Positions 36,301 to 47,250 of a stretch of DNA of 64,000 nucleotides are shown here, in pieces (the first letter of the stretch is position 1; each line of letters opens with the position of its first letter). The notes under the pieces were generated by a model, which worked only from the letters and a program-made list of their open reading frames with translations, made no database searches and had not been told where the DNA came from. This stretch comes from Macrostomum hystrix (taxonomy: Eukaryota > Animalia > Platyhelminthes). Location of the stretch: assembly GCA_950097015.1 (NCBI GenBank), contig CATNEN010000038.1, positions 22,072,001 through 22,136,000 on the forward strand, written 5' to 3'. Position numbers and translations under genes: made by a program.

Positions 36301-39300
36301 ACACCAAAAGAGTCAGTCTAATGACACCAAAAGAGTCAGTCTAATGACACCAAAAGAGTCAGTCCAATGACACCAATCATCTCTCACCTGTGCCCAATCC
36401 AAGTCTATCACCCCCGGCTGTCCAGTTCAACCTGAGCGATCCGCCCTGCAGGTCCAGTTGATTGCTCAAATCGAGTACAGCGGACGGCGGCACTCGACTA
36501 AGCCGGGCCTGAACTCCTTCGACGCCGCCGTGGGCGTCGGGGTCGAGAACGACGCGCAGCTCGCCAGTCGGAGCAACTCGCTCCACGGGCCACAAACTGC
36601 TGATCTCTACGCGAAAATGCCAGCGAATGAGCCGGCTATCAGTGTCAGGCCGCATGCCCAGCTCCTGTTTCAGTAGATCCCAGAGTGGCACTGAAGTCAC
36701 GTGCCTGCCGTCCCCAGCTACGTTGTCCGGTTCTGTGTAGCAAGTTTCATGGGAGTTAGCGATGTAGATAATGTATTTCCTTTAAACCATGTAGATAGTG
36801 CATAACATAGGTGCGTAGCAGCTACAATGACAGCCGGAACCACACGAACGTCAGTCCAAACTCCAAACTACGCAGTAGAATCTCACCAAAATCATCGGTG
36901 GAATCCTACCGAAATCACCGGTGGAATCCTACCAAAATCACCGGTGGAATCCTACCAAAATTACCGGTGGAATCCTACCAAAATCACCGGTGGAATCCTA
37001 CCGAAATCACCGGTGGAATCCTACCAAAATCACCGGTGGAATCCTACCGAAATCACCGGTGGAATCCTACCAAAATCACCGGTGGAATCCTACCAAAATC
37101 ACAGGTGGAATCTCACCAAAATCACCGGTGGAATCTCACAAAAGTCACCGGTGGAATCTCACTAAAATCACCGGTGGAATCTCACCAAAATCACCGGTGG
37201 AATCTCACAAAAATCACCGGTGGAATCTCACTAAAATCACCGGTGGAATCTCACCAAAATCACCGGTGGAATCTCACAAAAATCACCGGTGGAATCCTAC
37301 CGAAATCACCGGTGGAATCCTACCAAAATCACCGGTGGAATCCTACCGAAATCACCGGTGGAATCCTACCAAAATCACCGGTGGAATCCTACCGAAATCA
37401 CCGGTGGAATCCTACCAAAATCACCGGTGGAATCCTACCGAAATCACCGGTGGAATCCTACCGAAATCACCGGTGGAATCTCACAAAAATCACCGGTGGA
37501 ATCCTACCGAAATCACCGGTGGAATCCTACCAAAATCACCGGTGGAATCCTACCGAAATCACCGGTGGAATCCTACCAAAATCACCGGTGGAATCCTAAC
37601 GAAATCACCGGTGGAATCCTACCAAAATCACCGGTGGAATCTCACCAAAATCACCGGTGGAATCTCACCAAAATCACCGGTGGAATCTCACCAAAATCAC
37701 CGGAGGAATCTCACAAAAATCACCGGTGGAAACTCACTAAAATCACCGGTGGAATCTCACTAAAATCACCAGTGGAATCTCACAAAAATCACCGGTGGAA
37801 ACTCACTAAAATCACCGGTGGAATCTCACTAAAATCACCGGTGGAATCTCACTAAAATCACCAGTGGAATCTTAGAAAAGTCACCGGTGGAATCTCAAAA
37901 AATCACCGGTGGAATCCTACCAAAATCACCGGTGGAATCCTACCGAAATCACCGGTGGAATCCTACCAAAATGACCGGTGGAATCCTACCAAAATTACCG
38001 GTGGAATCCTACCGAAATCGCCGGTGGAATCCTACAAAAATCACCGGTGGAATCCTACCAAAATCACAGGTGGAATCCTACCAAAATCACAGGTGGAATC
38101 TCACAAAAATCACCGGTGGAATATCACTACAATCGCCGGTGGAATCTCACAAAAATCCCTACGTGAATCTCACCCAAATCACTGTTAGCACCCGGTGATA
38201 AAAAGTTTTTAAAAGCCTAAAAGCTCGTATAATACTATTCACCTACTGTAAGTAGTAAACGTCAGAATTTGTCCTTACCAACTCCGTTATCAGGAATGGG
38301 CAGCAAAATCTCGGACGCGTGCGTGCCGTTGGCGAACATGGGCGACAGCTTCGCCTGCAGCCGCGCCCCAATGACTGGCTTGCCGTCCAGGTGAAGCTGA
38401 GCTCTAATTGCTAATTTAACAGTTGAGTCCACTCGCCGCAACTCAATCACCATTGCCCCGTTTGAGTCAATAATGCAGTCGGTATCTTCACCGTAGTTTA
38501 AAAAACTATAGTCCAGAAGCATGACTGAACCGGTGCTGGAATGCATGGCTGACTTTGCCATCACAGTCAGCTTGGACCCCGCTGCGTGCGACACTGTGTA
38601 CCTGCCCACCTGGCGTTGAGTTGCATTCGGTTGGGTGAAACTGACGGCTATTTGATGGGATGGGAATGAGATTGGGGAGGATTTGGGATGGGAAAGGATT
38701 AGGAATAGAAAAGGATTAGGAATAGAAAAGGATTAGGGATAGAAAAGGATTAGGAATAGAAAAGGATTAGGGATAGAAAAGGATTAGGAATAGAAAAGGA
38801 TTAGCGATAGAAAAGGATTAGGGATAGAAAAGGATTAGGAATAGAAAAGTATTAGGGATAGAAAAGGATTAGGAATAGAAAAGGATTGGGAATAGAGAAG
38901 GATTAGGAATAGAGAAGGATTAGGGATAGAAAAGAATTAGGGATAGAAAAGGATTAGGGATAGAAAAGGATTAGGAATAGAAAAAGTTTAGGGATAGAGA
39001 AGGATTAGGAATAGAAAAGGATTAGGAATAGAGAAGGATTAGGAATAGAAAAGGCTTAGGGCTAGAAAAGGATTAGGAATAGAGAAGGATTAGGAATAGA
39101 GAAGGATTAGGGATAGAAAAGAATTAGGGATAGAAAAGGATTAGGGATAGAAAAGGATTAGGAATAGAAAAGGATTAGGGATAGAAAAGGATTAGGGATA
39201 GAAAAGGATTGGGAATAGAGAAGGATTAGGAATAGAGAAGGATTAGGGATAGAAAAGAATTAGGGATAGAAAAGGATTAGGGATAGAAAAGGATTAGGGA

Positions 39301-42300
39301 TAGAAAAGGATTAGGAATAGAAAAAGTTTAGGGATAGAAAAGGATTAGGAATAGAAAAAGTTTAGGGATAGAAAAGGATTAGGGATAGAAAAGGATTAGG
39401 AGTAGAGAATGATTAGGGATAGAAAAATACTATGGATAGAAAAGGATTAGGGATAGAAAAGGGTTAGGAATAGAGAAGGATTGAAGATGTGGAAATATTA
39501 ATTATGGTTAAGGATTAGGGCTGGAAAAGGATTAGAAATTTGAAAGGATTAAATATAGGAAAGTTTTAGAGATGTGGAAGGATTAGGAATGGGATTTCGG
39601 ACTTTCGGCCCGAAAATCAGTTACCTCATTTGCTCCTTTTAACCTAATGATCTCGACGCCCATCAGGTCACTGCGCAGTACTTGAGCTACTGGAGCTTCT
39701 CTGCTCTGAGTTCCTCTTTCCCAGGCCAGAAAAGCTCCACTAGGAGCAACCAACCGAAGCTCATGGGGCGACTGCGAATCGCTATCGCCATTATTGACTG
39801 GCCAGCTGTGGATCAGCGTTAAGTCATGACTTGCGGTCTGGTCGACGTAGAAACTGCTCAGTTTAACGGCAGCTTTCGATGACTCAATGGAAGCCAGCTG
39901 AAAGGTTCGACATTTAATTAACGCTGAGGTGTCTCCCGTAAATTATAATCCCTCGCCTAAGTGTCTCCCTTAAACTATAATCCCTCGCCCAAGTGTCTCC
40001 CTCACTTTAAACTCTCGCCCAAGTGTCTCCCTCACTTTAAACTCTCGCCCAAGCGTCTCCCTCACTTTAATCCCTCGCCCAAGTATCTCCCTCACTTTAA
40101 ACTCTCGCCCAAGCGTCTCCGTCACTATAATCCCTCGCCCAAGTGTCTCCCTCACTTAATTCTCTCGCCCAAGTGTCTCCCTCACTTTAATCCCTCGCCC
40201 AAGCGTCTCCCTCACTTTAAACTCTCGCCCAAGTGTCTCCCTCACTTTAAACTCTCGCCCAAGCGTCTCCGTCACTATAATCCCTCGCCCAAGTGTCTCC
40301 CTCACTTTAATCTCTCGCCCAAGTGTCTCCCTCCCTTTAATCCCTCGCCCAAGCGTCTCCGTCACTATAATCCCTCGCCCAAGTGTCTCCCTCACTTTAA
40401 TCCCTCGCCCAAGTGTCTCCCTCACTTTAATCTCTCGCCAGAGTGTCTCCCTCACTTTAATCTCTCGCCCAAGTGTCTCCCTCACTTTAATCTCTCGCCC
40501 AAGCGTCTCTCTCACTTTAATCTCTCGCCCAAGTGTCTCCCTCACTTTAAACTCTCGCCCAAGCGTCTCTGTCACTTTAATCTCTCGCCCAAGTGTCTCC
40601 CTCTCTCTAAACTCTCGCCCAAGCGTCTCCGTCACTTTAATCTCTCGCCCAAGTGTCTCCCTCACTTTAATCTCTCGCCCAAGTGTCTCCGTCACTATAA
40701 TCCCTCGCCCAAGTGTCTCCCTCACTTTAAACTCTCGCCCAAGCGTCTCCGTCACTTTAATCTCTCGTCCAAGCGTCTCCGTCACTTTAATCTCTCGCCC
40801 AAGCGTCTCGGTCACTATAATCCCTCGCGCAAGTGTCTCCCTCACTTTAATCTATCGTCCAAGCGTCTCCGTCACTATAATCCCTCGCCCAAGTGTCTCC
40901 CTCACTTTAAACTCTCGCCCAAGTGTCTCCGTCACTTTAATCTCTCGCCCAAGTGTCTCCCTCACTTTAATCTCTCGCTGTAGAGATTAAATAGAGACCC
41001 CTTCATTCGCCCTGTCGCCCAAGCAAACGTGAGTCTCACCACAACGTTCTGTTGTGACACACTGTGAATTCCGCTCAGTTCTGTGAGCAGTCTATGCAAA
41101 TCGATTTTCTCAAATGGCTGAAACTCAATTGAGACAGTCGGAATAGCTGACGCCGTGGTGGTCACACTCGATAGGTAGCGAAGATTTTTAGGCGAGTTTA
41201 GTAGACATATATGGCCGATGTTGGTAAGCTGCGGAAACAGTTTTGCTAATTGTGCTAACTTAATCAAGTAATTGGATGGATATTGGTACAACCAGTGAAA
41301 TGACAGAACTGACCATTTCTAGTGCTCAAGAACACTGATCAAATTTATGTTGCACATCTTCTGAAACAAGAATCAAGCCGCCAGCACTTCAGACCGTCGA
41401 GACATTCAACGGTTCTGGCCGAAGGTCTGATTTTTCTTGTATTTCATACGCCCCTATACACGAATTTGGTGGTCACCGACCTTTATGTAGACGGAGCTGC
41501 TGGACCTTCAACAAGTAATAGTTGAGTTTAGGCCAATATCGAGGCTTCATCGGCGAAAGTAGAATATTTCGCTTTAGGGACCCTATAGCCTACTGGAGGC
41601 ACCCTGCCGACGGTGCTGACGGCGTCGGGGTGGTGACTGGTGGTGATTGGTTGACTGACTTGGCGAGGGTCCATCCCATTCGTCCCATTGGGGCTTGATC
41701 AGCGAAATGGGAGAAATTTGCATCAGGGTGTCCATAGTCGGCTGGTGTCCCTTGTTGAAGGTCCAGCAGCTCCGTGTAGATAAAAGCCGCTGACCGGGGA
41801 AGTCGGAGAAGACAGGCCTGGCAAGCCTAGCTTTTGTAGGAAAAATGAAACATTCGGCCAGAACGTTGAATATCTCGACGGTCTGAAGGGCTGGCGGCTT
41901 GATTCTTGTTTCAGAAGATGCGCAACAAAAGTTGGCCCGTGTTCTTGAGTTTCGGATGCAGCAAAAATATTTGTCTGCGTTGAATGACAGAAGGACAATA
42001 TTGAATAACTAGACTGTCTCAATGGAGTGACGAGAAGTGGCAATAAAGAGTTTCAAACCGTGTTTGTCAACTGAATCGCGGCGTCGACGCTAGCAACGGC
42101 TACGGCTTCACCATCGGCGCCATCATCCGGTCGGCGACTTGGCGACGATTGAAACTGCGGCATCGTTTCCTTGAAAGCCTCCCTCGCCTCAGGCGTGCCA
42201 AACTGAGCTGCTGGAAAGACGGACTGCGGGTCGCTGTCAACGACTAGCAGGTTGATGCTGGCTTCGGGTTCCAGTACGGCTGCGGCAACAGCAACAGCTG

Positions 42301-45300
42301 ACTTCATGGCCTTCAGTGCTTCCGGCTGTGAACACATGATGTCCGAAATTTATTGAAATTCTGATTATATTACCAAAAGTAGCCAGTAAGACTCTTTTTC
42401 TAGGTGGTTGCTAGGTGGTTGCTATCTATGTTTCTACGTGGTTTCTAGGTGGCTGCTAGGTTGTTGCTAGGTGGTTGCTATCTAGTTTCTACGTGGTTTC
42501 TAGGTGGCTGCTAGGTGGTTGCTAGGTGGTTGCTAGGTGGTTGCTAGGTGGTTGCTAGGTGGTTGCTAGGTGGTTAATTACTAGGTGGTTGCTAGGTGGT
42601 TGCTAGGTGGTTTCTATGCTGCTATCCTGCTGCCAGGTGGTTGCTATCCTGTTGCTGGGTGGTTGCTATCCTGTTGCTAGGTGGTTGCTATCTCGTTGCT
42701 GCCACTTACCGAGCCGTTTGGATCAAGGATCACCGCCAAACCGGGCCTCGCCTGCTCGATCGCCAGCTCAATAACTGGTTCCTCAATACCGCCATCGTCG
42801 CCGGCACCATTCGGCGGATGGCGGAAGTCGCCGCAGCGGCTGTTCAGCATGACCTCCTCAGCTGAGCGGCGCCGGCAGAACCTGTTCTGCGGCACCGGAG
42901 CCTCTCGATTGTGACCAGTCGCTGACGACACGCCAGATTCGCAGAACTTGGACAAACTTTTCACTGAGGTAACAGCCATCAATGAGGCTATGGCGAGCTC
43001 CTGCCGCCCGTCTGCGTGGAATTCGCACTCGTCGCCTTCTGCAGCCGGTTCCAGACTGGTGAGATTCAGTCGGCATGGCCGGTAGCTGTCCCGATGCCGG
43101 AAGACACCAGTCACCCGGCTATTGCAGATCGCCGGAAGCAGTTTGCCGTCTTTAAAGTAGAACAGCGGACCAACTGAGGAGTCGCGATTGCTCTCCGGGA
43201 ACAGGCCGTAGCGGAACTGGGCGAAGGCGCTGACCAACTGCTTGCCCACTGCGTGTTTTATATTTATGACATAAATTATTTTGCATTCGTATTACTACTA
43301 ATAGTAATACGAGCAAAAATATAATACAATAATTGCTTGAGGGCTGCGGGAAATGAGCAATTCTGCCCATTTCGCTGACTCCTGAGCACACATGCACAGG
43401 TGTGTACATCTGCCATGGCTTTCTCATCGTCAGGCAGTGTACACTCTCACTGTGCCTTGGAGTTTGGCCCTCAAAGGCGTAAATTGCGCGACAAGCTCCC
43501 AAGCCTTCTCTCTGCGGCTGCGCCCCAATTTAATGTGGCCTCGCCGCGGAATCGAGCTCAGGGACCTTGGTGCGAGAGGCAGACGCGTTGACCGTTCTGC
43601 CACTCACCCTCCTAGAAATTCGAACGGAGTTTGATTCAAGTGTGCAACTTGCCCAGCTTTACTTTGCTGTTACCACGCTGTTGCAATGCTGTTGCAATGC
43701 TGTTGCAATGCTGTTGCAATGCTGTTGCTATGCTGTTGCAATGCTGTTGCAATGCTGTTGCAATGCTGCTGCTATGCTGTTGCTATGCTGTTGCAATGCT
43801 GTTGCAATGCTGTTGCTATGCTGTTGGTATGCTGTTGGTATGCTGTTGGTATGCTGTTGCTATGCTGTTGCTATGCAGTTGCAATGCTGTTGCTATGCTG
43901 TTGCTATGCTGTTGCTATGCTGTTGCAATGCTGTTGCTATGCTGTTGCTATGCTGTTGCAATGCTGTTGCTATGCTGTTGGTATGCTGTTGCTATGCTGT
44001 TGCTATGCTGTTGCTATGCTGTTGCTATGCTGTTGCAATGCTGTTGCTATGCTGTTGCTATGCTGTTGCTATGCTGTTGCTATGCTGTTGCTATGCTGTT
44101 GCTATGCTGCTATGCTGTTGCATAGCAGTCCTATGACCTAACAATCCAAAACTGTTGCTATGACAATGCTTATGAAGCCGTATTTCATAGAGCTCTTACA
44201 CCAGTAGACTATGCTGCTCAGGACGTGCTTCACGCCAATGCTGATGCGTTCGCCTTGGACACCGCAGACTCCCGAGTGCTCAACCTCCACGGCGGCACTC
44301 GGTGAGTCCACAAGGCGGATCTCGGCTGTTTCGTAAAACTCTCCCGGAGTAGCCGGTCTTACTGGCCAGGGCAAACTTTGAGCAGCGTTGCGCCAGTTCC
44401 AGGGAAGAATTATCGTCACGCTGCCGATACTGAGACCGGTGGCATTGCGGCCGGCAAATATTTGCGCTGTTGCAAATTTTAACTGTTTTGAGAAGCTGCG
44501 CAATAATTCCTGAGAAGTTTGATTTTAGGATATTAGAGCGACTTGACAGTGTAATGGCTAGGAGAAGAGGATAGAAGGTATAAGGAGAGGAGTGGAGAGG
44601 AGAGTAGAGGAGAAGAGAGGGGAGGAAAGAATAGGAGAGTAGAGGAGAGTAGAGGAGAGTAGAGGAGAGTAGATGAGAGGAGAGGAGAGGAGAGGAGACT
44701 AGATGAGAGGAGTGGAGAGGAGAGGAGGGGAGAGGAGGGGAGAGGAGAGGAGAGGAGATGAGAGGAGAGTAGAGGAGAGGAGAGGAGAGGAGGGGAGAGG
44801 AGAGGAGATCAGAGTAAAGGAGAGGAAAGGAGAGAATAGGAGAGGAGAGGAGAGGAGAGGAGAGAAGAGGAGGGAGAGAACAGGAGAGTAGAGGAGAGTT
44901 GATAAGAGGAGAGGAAAGGAAAGGAGAGAAGAGGAGGGAGAGAACAGGAGAGGAGAGGAGAGGAGAGGAGAGGAGAGGAGAGGAGAGGAGGGAAGAGGAG
45001 AGGAGAGGAGAGGAGAGGAGAGGAGAGGAGGGAAGAGGAGAGGAGAGGAGAGGAGGGAAGAGGAGAGGAGGGGAGAGGAGAGGAGAGGAGGGGAGAGGAG
45101 AGGAGGGGAGAGGAGAGTAGTGGAGAAAGGAGGAGAGGAGAGGAGAGGAGAGGATGGAGAGTAAGAAAGGGAAACTAGAGCTAAGGAAAGAAGGGAGAGA
45201 AGATGCTATGTCAGTAATAGGCAGAATAAACAATAAAAGTCGTGAGTAGTTCTGACAGAGAGCAAATTGTGGAGCCGAACTCATGACAGCTCATTATTGC

Positions 45301-45528
45301 ACTCACAATCACTTTATCAACTAGCTGAGATTCAGCAGGCCAACTGTGTGGAATGCCGACGCGAAGGCCTCGATATTTCCCATCAGGGTCCAGCCTCAGT
45401 CCTGGTTTCAAACGCTGTTGACCGCCATCAGAATATGTAAATCCAGGCAGTAGCAGCAGCAGCAGCAGCAGCAGCCCAGTGCAACTACGATTGCAGAATG
45501 CTTGGCCATTGAAGTGAAACTTTGTCAT
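33312..45528 (-). CDS. CLCA-family (calcium-activated chloride channel regulator-like) type I membrane protein, ~1170 aa
   Basis: Exons 45528-45307, 44509-44200, 43248-42710, 42325-42059, ~41228-41040 (acceptor uncertain), 39897-39625, 38609-38279, 36732-36388 and 34357-33312 are phase-consistent GT-AG. The product has a signal peptide, then CLCA motifs VTIILPWNW, QFRYGLFPE, FC..HNREAPVPQNRFCRRRSAEEVM, vWA start VILDPNGS, DNGVEPDNVAGDG, FnIII LNWTAGGD and SEMSNIVS, then an S/T stalk, a TM helix and RRRRRR. Confidence 0.85.
33465..33925 (-). repeat. 36-bp coding repeat encoding a mucin-like Ser/Thr stalk (STENSTAATDPR)n
   Basis: In frame within the last CLCA exon, between the FnIII domain and the TM helix; ~12-13 units. 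Confidence 0.9.
35025..36235. repeat. 20-bp minisatellite, last CLCA intron
   Basis: Unit CAGAACGTCACTCTAATGAT with interspersed longer variants (cactcgaatgataattaaag). Confidence 0.95.
36255..36377. repeat. 23-bp repeat (~5 copies) next to the CLCA donor site at 36387
   Basis: Unit GACACCAAAAGAGTCAGTC(C/T)AAT. Confidence 0.88.
36877..38180. repeat. 23-bp minisatellite (~56 copies) with palindromic core CACCGGTG, CLCA intron
   Basis: Unit GGAATCCTACC(A/G)AAATCACCGGT. Confidence 0.95.
38690..39590. repeat. 17-bp purine-rich minisatellite, CLCA intron
   Basis: Unit GAAAAGGATTAGG(A/G)ATA; many units contain TTAGGG. Confidence 0.93.
39925..40980. repeat. 30-bp minisatellite (~35 copies), CLCA intron
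   Basis: Unit AAG(T/C)GTCTCCCTCACTTTAA(T/A)CTCTCGCCC. Confidence 0.95.
41340..41935. repeat. Inverted pair of dispersed repeat B (41340-41520 +; 41750-41935 -) in a CLCA intron
   Basis: catcttctgaaacaagaatcaagccgccagc.cttcagaccgtcgaga and ggagctgctggaccttcaacaag are each present once per strand. Confidence 0.8.
42399..42700. repeat. 11-bp repeat (GGTGGTTGCTA)n, CLCA intron 3
   Basis: Seen directly; it runs to within ~10 bp of the donor site at 42709. Confidence 0.9.
43677..44125. repeat. 11-bp repeat (TGCTGTTGC(T/A)A)n, CLCA intron 2
   Basis: Seen directly; source of the spurious Cys-rich ORFs. Confidence 0.93.
44560..45200. repeat. (AGAGG)n polypurine tract, CLCA intron 1 (polypyrimidine on the sense strand)
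   Basis: Seen directly. Confidence 0.92.
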
Positions 45529-46752
45529 AGCTTATTTTGTCAAAACAGACGATATGACCATAAACCATAAACAGTATTATAGGTATACTGTTTATTTTGT
45601 TGGCCGAAAATTAAATAAACTAATTTGCTTTTATATTTTTACTGACAACCTTATTATATTGATCAAGGATGCTAAAATTATGTCGAATGTGTCTTTTTAT
45701 GTTGGATCGTAGCAAAAGGGCGATATTGCGAGGCTTATCACACAATTTTATGCGTATAAAGAACTCATGCTGAAATCCGTTCGTGTGGTAGTGTACAGTT
45801 AGACTCGAGTGCTCAATAATGTACATTAAATACTGAAGTTTTGAGAACAAACGCTGACGTTGCCATGACTACAGGAGATAGTAGTTACATTTTTTTTTCA
45901 AAAAAAACCGTCATGATTGAGCACACAGGCACATGTAAAATCTACAGTTTTATTTCTTGTCTTGACATAATGCAAGCTACTTCATTTCTAAATTTAGCTT
46001 ATCGAACTTTTTTCTGTTAGGGCCGTTCTGTATCATTTACGCAGCAACGCCATATTCAATGCCTGACGACGAACACCGAAGTGCAATTTCTACTCGAAAG
46101 ATTAAAATAAGTATGAAGTAACAGTTAAAAAAATTACAAATCAATGTAACACTTTCGTTAGTTAAATAGACATTTAGAATGTCAAAATAATAATTATGAG
46201 CTTAATTTAAGAAAACAACGTTTCTATTTGAATCTGTTAATTACGGTCTTTAAAAAATACAAACATCAAAAAACCGTCGACAAATGTATTTTCCACATAG
46301 ATATAGTCAGTAAATGTTTTAATGACATACTAATATGTAAAATAAGATTTCAGTAAACAGTTAATAGGTTACATAAAATGAGTTGAAGCTGTAATTGAAA
46401 TACCAGTTAGTTAAGAAACGAAGAGTACCCGTCAAAAAAGGTGCGCATAGACAGCTGCGACTTTTCAGTTTAAAGAATTCGGATTCAATTTTTCCTCACA
46501 ACGCGGTCATTGTCAAACAGAATCCAAAAATGAGTTTCTAAAAATGGGTTTGAGTTTGATAAAAATATCAAACAGCTAAGAGCAAGTAGGTTAAACATTT
46601 GGAAACCTAATTAATAATTTAGCAGACAACAAAGTAGTACAGCAGTAGTATGAAACGATTATACTAAGCGCAATTGCTGCAACTTTGACCCTGGTGTTTA
46701 TTCATACCAGAAATAAAGTGAGTAACTAGTTATTAGGCTTAATCTATCTTTC

Positions 46753-46950
46753 CAGCCAATGAGAGCCCGTGAAAGTCCCCAGCCAATGAGTGCCCGTGAA
46801 AGTCCCCAGCCAATGAGAGCCCGTTAAAGTCCCCAGCCAATGAGAGCCCATGAAAGTCCCCAGCCAATGAGTGCCCGTGAAAGTCCCCAGCCAATGAGAG
46901 CCCGTGAAAGTCCCCAGCCAATGAGAGCCCGTGAAAGTCCCCAGCCAATG
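46753..46950 (+). repeat. 27-bp repeat x7 with CCAAT and kB-like motifs, followed by a TATA box
   Basis: Unit CAGCCAATGAGAGCCCGTGAAAGTCCC; TATAAATA at 46978-46985. Confidence 0.9.
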
Positions 46951-47250
46951 GCAGAACAGGAAGGGGTCCAAACTGTCTATAAATACGCGACACCCGAGCA
47001 CAGCCGGCCGCGGAGTCAAATTTTGCTACAAATTCGAGCCTCAGACTTACCATTCGCCCTTTTAATTCGGCTTACCACTTGGGTTTAATAAATAAGGGGA
47101 GACACCACAGAAGTATGAAAGCAATGACGCACAATATGAGTAAACAAAAATAAAAACATTGTGAGGAGCTATCGTCATTAGAGATGTGTGAATTACTAAA
47201 GATTAAAAACCGTTTAAAATATTAACGCGAAAAAAATAATCCTAAATCTC

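Noticed and set aside
38690-39590. Interstitial telomere
   Set aside because: TTAGGG occurs only singly within a 17-bp unit, never as (TTAGGG)n.
36811-40983. Repetitive ORFs (ESYQNHRWNPTK..., PKCLPHFNLS...)
   Set aside because: Products of intronic minisatellites lying between well-supported CLCA exons on the opposite strand.
43567-44141. Cys-rich, metallothionein- or keratin-associated-like ORFs
   Set aside because: Translations of the 11-bp intronic repeat in all three frames, antisense to CLCA.
46385-47114. Full solo LTR bounded by gaagc|TGT...ACA|gaagt
   Set aside because: The TSD is imperfect and the left boundary arbitrary; only the promoter-like core is reported.
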